Made by a program: the position numbers and the translations under genes. Of a stretch of DNA of 14,909 nt, positions 8,376 to 14,802 are shown in pieces (the stretch's first letter is position 1; the number at the start of each line of letters is the position of its first letter). Below the pieces are notes generated by a model that was not told the origin of the DNA, made no database searches, and saw only the letters and a program-made list of their open reading frames with translations. Origin of the DNA: Armatimonadia bacterium. Lineage in GTDB: Bacteria; Armatimonadota; Zipacnadia; Zipacnadales; UBA11051. Location: positions 1-14,909 of the forward strand of contig JBDKRC010000099.1 in assembly GCA_039683575.1 (NCBI GenBank), written 5' to 3'.

Positions 8376-9056
8376 ATGGTGCGTATTCGGGGTTGGATCA
8401 CTGACGCCTGGGACCTGGTCGGCGAGGACTTGCCGGCCTTCTCCATCGCGGCCTTCATCACCATCTCACTTTCGGCCCTCAGCCTGTTCATCCTCGCCTT
8501 GCCGCTGGCCGCCGGCCTCTGCATCATGTTCTCGGAGAAGCTGCAGGGCAACAAGCCGACCGTCAGCCACCTGTGGGAGGGCGTCACCGCCCGTTTCCCC
8601 GCGTCGATTACGGTCTGGATCATCTACCTGGTTGCCAGCCTGCCGGCCTACACCCTCTCGAGTTACCTGCAGTACATACACCGAAGCTGGTGGGCCGTGG
8701 CCATGCTGGCCCTGTCGTCCATGATCATCTGGACCCCGCTGTTCTTCGTCATGCAGCTCATCGCCGACCGCGACCTGAGCGCCCGCGAGGCCATGAAACT
8801 TTCCTGGCTGAGAGTGCGTCCGCATCTGGGAGGCATTTTTGCCTGCGTGGTGGCATATAGCATAGTAATGGTCTTCGGACTGTTCGCCTGCGGTTTCGGC
8901 CTGATCATCACGCTCCCGCTCGTAACCGGCGCGGGGATGCTGGCCTACCGCGACCTGATCGGGGATTATGCTGTGCCGCAGATGATCCCCATCAAGGAAC
9001 CAGAACTGGATGAACAATCTGGATTGCACGAGGGTGATGAAGATGAGGAAGGTTAG
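8376..9056 (+). CDS. Integral membrane protein with acidic C-terminal tail
   Basis: Several hydrophobic segments, GWITDAWDL start, GLFACGFGLIITLP...AYRDL near the end, acidic tail EPELDEQSGLHEGDEDEEG. Starts 6 nt after the upstream stop. Confidence 0.85.
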   Translation: MVRIRGWITDAWDLVGEDLPAFSIAAFITISLSALSLFILALPLAAGLCIMFSEKLQGNKPTVSHLWEGVTARFPASITVWIIYLVASLPAYTLSSYLQYIHRSWWAVAMLALSSMIIWTPLFFVMQLIADRDLSAREAMKLSWLRVRPHLGGIFACVVAYSIVMVFGLFACGFGLIITLPLVTGAGMLAYRDLIGDYAVPQMIPIKEPELDEQSGLHEGDEDEEG

Positions 9057-9411
9057 CCTGACTATCATCGCAGCTTTGCTGCTCAGCCTGAGCGCCGCTT
9101 TGGCCGCGGACTTGCTGGTCAACGTCTACGTCGGCGGAAAGCAGGTCAACTGCAACCCCCAGGCGCGCGTGCGCAACGGCGTGACGTACGCCCCGCTTCG
9201 AGCCGCCGCCGAGGCCGTCGGCGCCCACGTGCAGTGGAGCGCCGCTACCCGTGTCGCGACCATCTGCACCGAGGACCGCTGCGCCCCCATCAAGCAGAGC
9301 CAGGCCATCATGGTCAACGGTTCGATGCTGATCCCGGTCCGCCTGATGAGCCAGGCTCTCGGACGCGAGATAACCTGGGACGCCAACGCGAGCGCGGTGC
9401 GGATCAAGTAG
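9043..9411 (+). CDS. Secreted copper amine oxidase N-terminal (stalk) domain protein
   Basis: Signal peptide MRKVSLTIIAALLLSLSAALA. Repeated motifs NGVTYAPLRAAAEAVGAHVQW and NGSMLIPVRLMSQALGREITWD. Overlaps the previous gene by 14 nt. Confidence 0.85.
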   Translation: MRKVSLTIIAALLLSLSAALAADLLVNVYVGGKQVNCNPQARVRNGVTYAPLRAAAEAVGAHVQWSAATRVATICTEDRCAPIKQSQAIMVNGSMLIPVRLMSQALGREITWDANASAVRIK

Positions 9412-9421
9412 TTGTGGTCTT

Positions 9422-9492
9422 CGGAGGGGCCGAGCTTTAGCCGGCCCAGTCGTTATCACCGACCGCGGGCCGGCTAAAACTCGGCCCCTCCG
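9422..9492. repeat. REPIN-like inverted REP doublet (long hairpin)
   Basis: CGGAGGGGCCGAGCTTTAGCCGGCCC (9422-9447) and its reverse complement at 9467-9492 (25/26 match) with a 19-nt spacer. Each arm is itself a GGGCCG...CGGCCC hairpin preceded by GGAG. Confidence 0.8.
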
Positions 9493-9519
9493 TCCGATGA
9501 GGAACCTTCGTTCACTGCA

Positions 9520-9548
9520 TCCGGCATGCGGAGCATGCCTGCCACGCG
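9520..9548 (-). repeat. REP-like element, inverted copy of 10369-10397
   Basis: The - strand reads CGCGTGGCAGGCATGCTCCGCATGCCGGA, with stem GGCATGC-TCC-GCATGCC. Confidence 0.75.
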
Positions 9549-9574
9549 TAGCCGAGGTGGGGGAGAGGACCTCG

Positions 9575-10378
9575 ATGCCGCCCTACTTCGACGCCCACAA
9601 CCACCTGCAGGAAGAAGTCCTCATCCCACACCTGTACGGCGTCATGCAGCGCGCCCGTGAGGCCGGAGTCGCGCGCATGCTCTGCAACGGCACCCACGAG
9701 GGCGACTGGCAGCGCGTACTCGACCTTTCCCGCCAGTACGAGGAAATCATCCCCTGTTTTGGCCTGCATCCCTGGTTTGTCAAAGACCGCTCCCCCGACT
9801 GGCTCCAGCGCCTTGAGAGCTTCCTCGACCAGACACCCTCTGCCGTGGGCGAGATCGGCCTCGACCGCTACGTCTCGGACCGCGACGAAGTGGCGCAGGA
9901 AGAGGTCTTCCGCGCGCAGCTTGCTCTCGCCAGACGCCGCAATCTCCCGGTCATGATCCACTGTCTCAAAGCATGGGGCTGGCTGCTCAAGGTCCTCGAA
10001 ACCGAGGGCCCGCCGCCCGCCGGCATGGTCATCCACGCCTACGGGGGCGCCGCCGAGCTTCTCCCGCAACTCGCCGCGATGGGCGCGTGGTTCTCATTCG
10101 CCGGCAGCGTCCTCGACGAGCGCCACACCCGCGCGCGGACGGCCCTGCAGCACGTCAGCCTGGAGCGCCTGCTGGTAGAGAGCGACGCCCCGGCCATGCC
10201 GCCGCCGCACGAGTTCCGCGATCACGTCATAGTGGGGGACGGGGGAGAGGAGTACAACGAACCGGCCAACCTGCCAGCGATTCTGCGGGGCATCGCAGCC
10301 GTGAAGGGGGAGAGGGAAGAGGGCCTACAACAAGTCTGCTGGGAGAACGGACAGCGGTTCCTCTCCACCGCGTGGTAG
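9575..10378 (+). CDS. tatD: TatD-family metal-dependent DNase
   Basis: FDAHNHL, GLHPW, VGEIGLD, MIHC, HAYGG, LVESDAP, NEPANL. ATG at 9575 follows GGAGAGG. Confidence 0.92.
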   Translation: MPPYFDAHNHLQEEVLIPHLYGVMQRAREAGVARMLCNGTHEGDWQRVLDLSRQYEEIIPCFGLHPWFVKDRSPDWLQRLESFLDQTPSAVGEIGLDRYVSDRDEVAQEEVFRAQLALARRRNLPVMIHCLKAWGWLLKVLETEGPPPAGMVIHAYGGAAELLPQLAAMGAWFSFAGSVLDERHTRARTALQHVSLERLLVESDAPAMPPPHEFRDHVIVGDGGEEYNEPANLPAILRGIAAVKGEREEGLQQVCWENGQRFLSTAW

Positions 10379-10397
10379 GCATGCTCCGCATGCCGGA
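10369..10397 (+). repeat. GTAG-type REP overlapping the tatD stop codon
   Basis: CGCGTG-GTAG-GCATGCTCCGCATGCCGGA; the TAG of GTAG is the tatD stop (10376-10378). Confidence 0.75.
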
Positions 10398-10412
10398 ACT
10401 CGTGCCGTAATA

Positions 10413-10446
10413 TTGGCAGGGCGCAGTAAACATTATTATGTATAAT
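10413..10446 (+). promoter_or_regulatory. Possible sigma-70 promoter for tcdA
   Basis: AT-rich patch with a perfect TATAAT at 10441-10446. TTGGCA at 10413-10418 is not at canonical spacing to it. Confidence 0.35.
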
Positions 10447-10496
10447 CGTATCCTGTCTATCCCGCCGTTCATCCTGTCCATCCTGACAAGTACCTC

Positions 10497-11276
10497 ATGA
10501 CCACCCCGGAACAATTCCGCCGCCTCGAAATGATGGTCGGTGAGGCCGGCCTCGCCCGCCTCCGCGCCGCCTTCGTCTGCGTCATCGGCCTCGGCGCCGT
10601 AGGCAGCTATGCCACCGAGGCCCTCGCCCGGGCCGGGATCGGCCGACTGCGCCTCGTGGACTTCGACCTCCTCCGGGCCAGCAACCTCAACCGCCAGCTC
10701 TATGCGCTGCACTCAACCATCGGCCGCCCAAAATGCGAAGTCGCCGCCGAACGCGTCCTCGACATCAACCCGGACTGCCAGGTCGAGCCGCTGAAGGTCT
10801 TCGTCCATGCCGAGACCATGGACGAGGTTCTGCAGGGACCGCCCGACCTCGTCATTGACGCCATCGACTCCTACGCGCCGAAGCTCGAGCTACTCTGCGC
10901 CTTGTGCGAACGCGGCATCCCGCTGCTGTCGTCCATGGGCGCGGCCCTGCGTACAGAGCCTTCGCGGGTTCAGGTCGCCACGATCGAGCAGACCCAGGTC
11001 TGCCCACTCGCCCGGCGCCTGCGCAAGGGTCTCCGCCAGCGCGGTGTCACCACCGACCTCCCGTGCGTCTACAGCGACGAGCCCGTCGACAAATCGCGCA
11101 TCCACCCGCCCGAACCCCGGCAGGCAGACGACCTCGACCGCGGGCGGGAACGCCGCTCCCTGGGCAGCCTGCCGACGATGACCGGCCTCTTCGGATTGAC
11201 CGTAGCAAACGAAGCTCTGCAGATGATTTTGGGGAATAGGGGAGAGGGGGCTCGTGGCGTTGAGAAGTGTCGGTAG
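10497..11276 (+). CDS. tcdA: tRNA threonylcarbamoyladenosine dehydratase (ThiF family)
   Basis: VIGLGAVGS, LVDFD...SNLNRQ, VIDAID, SSMGAA, CPLARRLRKGLR, VYSDE, GSLPTMTGLFG. Confidence 0.9.
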   Translation: MTTPEQFRRLEMMVGEAGLARLRAAFVCVIGLGAVGSYATEALARAGIGRLRLVDFDLLRASNLNRQLYALHSTIGRPKCEVAAERVLDINPDCQVEPLKVFVHAETMDEVLQGPPDLVIDAIDSYAPKLELLCALCERGIPLLSSMGAALRTEPSRVQVATIEQTQVCPLARRLRKGLRQRGVTTDLPCVYSDEPVDKSRIHPPEPRQADDLDRGRERRSLGSLPTMTGLFGLTVANEALQMILGNRGEGARGVEKCR

Positions 11277-11309
11277 GGCCGGGCTGCGAGTAGTGTCCGC
11301 TGTAGAGTT

Positions 11310-11367
11310 GTACGAGCGGCTTCCAGCCGCGAGGGTAGCCCCGACGGAGTGGGGCTTCCAGCCCCAC
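11310..11367 (+). repeat. Two tandem REP-like palindromes between convergent genes
   Basis: GTACGA-GCGGCT-TCC-AGCCGC-GA (11310-11332) and GGA-GTGGGGCT-TCC-AGCCCCAC (11346-11367). Confidence 0.65.
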
Positions 11368-11441
11368 GGGCACCATCATCCGCTCTTCGCATGAATCAGG
11401 CACGTATGTCAACCGCCGCCTGCCCTACTGTGGCGACGGCC

Positions 11442-12098
11442 TCAGAGCTCCAACCGGTACCCCACGCCGTGCACCGTCACGATCGTCTCTGCCACCTCCG
11501 GCAGCTTCGTCCGCAGCCGCCGGATGTGCACATCCACCGTTCGCGGACCGCCATAGTAGTCCGGCCCCCAGATCGCGTCGAGGATGTACTGCCGCGTGAG
11601 CACCTGTCCGCTCCGCCGCAGGAGCAGACACAGGAGCTCGTACTCCTTGTACGTCAGCGTCGTCGGCACGCCGTCCACCATCACGCGCAGGTTGGCGAGG
11701 TCTACGACAATTGGCCCCGCGCGCAGTACCCCTTCGGAGTCGATCTGCTCCCGCCGCCACCGCCACAGCGTGACCCGGCCCGCCAGCTCTTCCGGGTCGA
11801 GCGGCAGCGTCAGAAAATCATCACACATGCCTGGCAAGTTGGCCGCGGCCAACTCCCCCCGCACGATCAGCAGGCAGTGCACGGCCTGTAGATGTGGGGG
11901 AATGCGCCGCAGCCGGCCCGATGTTGCAGGGGGGCACTTGTGCAGGAATATGACCTCCGGCCGCGCCGTCGCCTTCAGCTCAACCGCCCGCTCCTCATCC
12001 TTCGCAACGAAGACGTCGCACCCGGCCGCGCGCAGCCCCGGCAGAACCTCTGCCGGAGCAGGCGAGAACAAAATGGCGCGACAAGGCGGGCGCAGCAT
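11442..12098 (-). CDS. OmpR/PhoB-family winged-helix regulator with degenerate receiver domain
   Basis: C-terminal LTYKEYELL...GQVLTR..ILDAIWGPDYYGGPRTVDVHIRRLRTKL...IVTVHGVGY. Receiver remnant DDFLTLPLDPEELAGRV. Confidence 0.9.
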   Translation of the reverse strand: MLRPPCRAILFSPAPAEVLPGLRAAGCDVFVAKDEERAVELKATARPEVIFLHKCPPATSGRLRRIPPHLQAVHCLLIVRGELAAANLPGMCDDFLTLPLDPEELAGRVTLWRWRREQIDSEGVLRAGPIVVDLANLRVMVDGVPTTLTYKEYELLCLLLRRSGQVLTRQYILDAIWGPDYYGGPRTVDVHIRRLRTKLPEVAETIVTVHGVGYRLEL

Positions 12099-13137
12099 GG
12101 CAACTATTCACTAACCTTGTGGGAGGGCTCTCCAGAGCCCGGTGATGAGCCACCGTCCCATGTGCCACCCTCTCCCTCATCAGCAACCGCACATCCTCCG
12201 CCTCCAGCCCCTCCAACACATGGCACAGCAGCTTGCCCGTCTCTGACAGACTCCTCAGACTCAGGTTCCCGGGCAGGTCCTGCGCGGTATGGTACGACGG
12301 ATCAGGCAGCCGCTGCAACCACAGACTCGGCACTCCGGCCCTCGCAAACGCCTCATGATCGCTGTTGGCCCGTCCTCGCCGCGTACGCACGCTCAATCCC
12401 AGCCGCGTGGCGCTGCGGGACACCAGGGCTTCCAGATATGTCTCCTGTTTCCCCCGCCGCCACGCGTACAGACGCTCACCACGTCCCACCATGTCCACCG
12501 AGATCATGCCCACCACCGGCCTCGTTCCCCTCGCCAGCCCGCTTGCCACATAGTGCCGCGACCCAAACTTGCACCCGTAGCGCCGGAACTGCTCTTCGCC
12601 CCCGAAGAACACCACCTCGAGCGTGCAGGGCAGCTTCTTGCGCGCCTGCACCCGGGCCAGCTCCAGCAGCACCCCGACCCCCGAGGCGTTGTCATTCGCC
12701 CCGCGACACCCCGCGCCGCGGCAGCAGTCCATATGCGCCCCCAAGACCACCCGCGGCGCCGCCGGGACGCGCACGAGCCGCCCGATCACGTTGCAGGTAG
12801 TCAGCCCACTCCTCCCCAGCCGCACCCCCTTCTGCACCGTCACCTCATACCCCCAGCCGCGCAGCCGCCCGGCGATCCACCCCGCCGTCCGCCGCTCCGC
12901 CTCGCCGCCACTGGGCCGCGGCCCAACCTCCTCGCAAAGATACCGCACAGCGGCCAGAGCCCGCCCCGCCTCAAAGGCGCTGTGGTCTTCGGAGGGGCCG
13001 AGCTTCAGCCGGCCCGCCGTTATCACCGACCCTCCTCTGCACATCGCCGAGGTGGGGGAGAGGCCTCCCCGCGCCACCCCAAATCCTGCCACGCACAGCC
13101 CAATGATCACTATATGGAAATGGTCCCGCAGTTTCAC
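11995..13137 (-). CDS. Secreted M28-family zinc aminopeptidase
   Basis: GTG start after GGAGG, hydrophobic N-terminus, GPRPSG, LGAHMD, GANDNASG, FFGGEE, SVDMVG, SDHEAF, YHTAQD. The C-terminal ~70 aa run on into the downstream gene. Confidence 0.88.
   Translation of the reverse strand: MKLRDHFHIVIIGLCVAGFGVARGGLSPTSAMCRGGSVITAGRLKLGPSEDHSAFEAGRALAAVRYLCEEVGPRPSGGEAERRTAGWIAGRLRGWGYEVTVQKGVRLGRSGLTTCNVIGRLVRVPAAPRVVLGAHMDCCRGAGCRGANDNASGVGVLLELARVQARKKLPCTLEVVFFGGEEQFRRYGCKFGSRHYVASGLARGTRPVVGMISVDMVGRGERLYAWRRGKQETYLEALVSRSATRLGLSVRTRRGRANSDHEAFARAGVPSLWLQRLPDPSYHTAQDLPGNLSLRSLSETGKLLCHVLEGLEAEDVRLLMRERVAHGTVAHHRALESPPTRLVNSCHAAPALSRHFVLACSGRGSAGAARGRVRRLRCEG
12119..12141 (+). repeat. REP-like element (GTGG + palindrome)
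   Basis: GTGGGA-GGGCTC-TCCA-GAGCCC-G. Confidence 0.6.
12981..13063 (+). repeat. Shorter direct copy of the 9413-9568 repeat block, lying inside the peptidase CDS
   Basis: 12981-13015 matches 9413-9447 at 34/35. CGTTATCACCGACC is shared. 13046-13063 is identical to 9551-9568 (18/18). Confidence 0.85.
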
Positions 13138-13181
13138 AAGGCCCTCCTACCACCTCCTAATCGGCCACTCCACAACTTTAC

Positions 13182-13209
13182 TAAAACCCCCTCGTCATAG
13201 TGCCAATAT
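13182..13209 (+). promoter_or_regulatory. Putative sigma-28 (FliA/SigD) promoter
   Basis: TAAA (13182-13185), 16-nt spacer, GCCAATAT (13202-13209): one mismatch to the SigD consensus TAAA-N14-16-GCCGATAT, upstream of motility-related genes. Confidence 0.55.
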
Positions 13210-13293
13210 CATCTACAGGCGCGCCTCTCCGCCTCTACCGTCAACGATCAACCATCAACGCCGGCTTCTCTTACTCGGCACGAATCTTGCAGC

Positions 13294-13821
13294 ATGACCC
13301 TCAAAGTGAAGGCCGAACACGCAAATGCATTCCTGGTTGGCGCCTACGAGGTCCTGCGCCTGCAGCTTGACGCCCGCCCCCTGCGCGGGTCGCCGTTGCT
13401 GCGCAGCGGCAGCGCCACTTCTGCACGCGACCTCGTCGCGCTCATTGCCCTGCGTGGCGATCTCACCGGCGACCTGTTCTACAGCATGTCCCAGGCCACT
13501 GCTACCAAGGTGCAGGAAGTGCTCAACCGCAACTGCCGCGATGAGGCCGGCAGGGGGGACGTGGTGACGCAGCTATCGCGGCTCATGGCCACCAAGGCAG
13601 GCGAACTGCTCGCCGAGCAGGGCCTCACTTGCGAGTTGGCGGAGCCCCGCCTGATTCTCGGCGCCGGCCACACGGTCACCGACCTCGGCCCGGTGCTGAT
13701 CGTGCCCTTCTCCACCGAGTTCGGCGACATAGACATTGGGCTGGCGCTGAGCGACGGCGCGCGCGCCGCCCACGCCCTGACGCTCGACAACTCCGCCGAG
13801 GCCGACGAGGATGCCGCATGA
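13294..13821 (+). CDS. CheX-like protein lacking the catalytic ExxN motif
   Basis: KAEHANAF (cf. xEYINPF), DLVALIALRGDLTGDLFYSMS, CELAEPRLILG (cf. ISPPxLIxG), LIVPFSTEFGDIDIGLAL. The catalytic helix reads VVTQLSRLMATKA. An alternative GTG start lies at 13306. Confidence 0.8.
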   Translation: MTLKVKAEHANAFLVGAYEVLRLQLDARPLRGSPLLRSGSATSARDLVALIALRGDLTGDLFYSMSQATATKVQEVLNRNCRDEAGRGDVVTQLSRLMATKAGELLAEQGLTCELAEPRLILGAGHTVTDLGPVLIVPFSTEFGDIDIGLALSDGARAAHALTLDNSAEADEDAA

Positions 13822-14768
13822 CTGACAGCGCTGCGCCCACCACCACGCTCCGCAAAGCCGCCATCGTCCTGACCACGCTCGGCGAGGACCTCGCCGCGCG
13901 CGTCTGCTGCGATCTGCCTGCCGAGCAGACCCGGCTTCTGCAACAGGAGCTGGCGACCCTCGACCAGGTACCGCCCGAGGAGCACAACGCTGTCCTCGAC
14001 GAGTTCCTCGCCCTCGCCTGGGCCGACCGGAACAAGCCCGCCACCCGCACGCCCGATCCCGCCGCCGAAGACCTGCGCTTTCTCACTCGCCTCAACGACC
14101 TCGAACCGGTGGTGCTCTGGCGGGCCCTGCGTGAGGAGCGCTTGCAGACCGTCGCCGCAGTCCTGAGCCACCTCACGCCGTCGCGCGCGGGGCAGTTGCT
14201 TGCCCACTATGACCAGGACATCGCCGCCGACATCGCCTACCGCGCCGCGCATCTCGGCAGCCCCTCGCCGGGCGCCCTCGAAGCCCTCGGCGGCGCGCTC
14301 AGCCGCGAACTGGGCGGCATTCAGGGCCGTGGCGCGAGCAGCCCCGAGATCTCGCTGCAGTTCGTCGTGGACCTCATCGGCAGCATGCCCACCGATCGGG
14401 GCAAACTCGTCCTCCGCGCCCTGCAAGCCCGCGATCCGGAATTCGGCGATGGCGTGGCCGAACAGGTCTTCACCTTCGAGGACGTCTCCAAGCTCGGGGA
14501 CGACGACCTCCAGCGCGTCCTGCGCACTCTCGACATGAGCATCCTCGTAGTCGCGCTCAAGGGCACGCCGCCGGAACTCAAGGAGCGCTTCAGGCAGAAC
14601 CTCTCCCAGCGTGGGCGCGAACGCCTCGAGGAGGAGATGGACATGCTGGGCCGCGTGCCGCTGTCGCAAGTGCAGGAAGCGCAGAAGCAGGTCTGCCAGG
14701 AGATAAGAAACCTCGCCGAAACCGGCGACATCCGCCTCGACAGCGCCGGCACTCAATACGTCGAATAG
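13818..14768 (+). CDS. fliG: Divergent flagellar motor switch protein FliG paralog (316 aa)
   Basis: ATGA overlap with the upstream gene and RBS GAGGA. LRKAAIVLTTLGED, QTVAAVLSHL, VFTFEDV, LVVALKG, NLSQRG..LEEEM, QVQEAQ, GDIRL. Confidence 0.88.
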   Translation: MTDSAAPTTTLRKAAIVLTTLGEDLAARVCCDLPAEQTRLLQQELATLDQVPPEEHNAVLDEFLALAWADRNKPATRTPDPAAEDLRFLTRLNDLEPVVLWRALREERLQTVAAVLSHLTPSRAGQLLAHYDQDIAADIAYRAAHLGSPSPGALEALGGALSRELGGIQGRGASSPEISLQFVVDLIGSMPTDRGKLVLRALQARDPEFGDGVAEQVFTFEDVSKLGDDDLQRVLRTLDMSILVVALKGTPPELKERFRQNLSQRGRERLEEEMDMLGRVPLSQVQEAQKQVCQEIRNLAETGDIRLDSAGTQYVE

Positions 14769-14783
14769 CCTTCCCACCACCGA

Positions 14784-14802
14784 GTAGGGCGGGCGGCTCG
14801 CC
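14784..14802 (+). repeat. GTAG-type REP-like element
   Basis: GTAG-GGCGGG-CGG-CTCGCC just after fliG. 14783-14797 matches the reverse complement of 11415-11429 at 14/15. Confidence 0.5.

Noticed and set aside
9422-9492. Intrinsic terminator call for the long hairpin
   Set aside because: No U-tract follows on either strand, so it is annotated as a REPIN-like repeat, though it may still affect transcript stability.
9575-11276. TatD + ThiF/E1-like pair as an anti-phage system
   Set aside because: The ThiF protein has full TcdA-type motifs, and no other defence components (QueC, ATPase, E2, JAB, cyclase) are nearby.
9413-13015. 35-nt partly palindromic repeat as a CRISPR repeat
   Set aside because: Only two direct copies 3.5 kb apart, no repeat-spacer periodicity and no cas genes; it fits REP/REPIN architecture better.
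13479-14780. Long antisense or alternate-frame ORFs (also 714..1688, 5013..5921, 7259..8188, 11892..12800, 12289..13200)
   Set aside because: Shadow ORFs of well-supported genes in GC-rich DNA, with no recognisable motifs.
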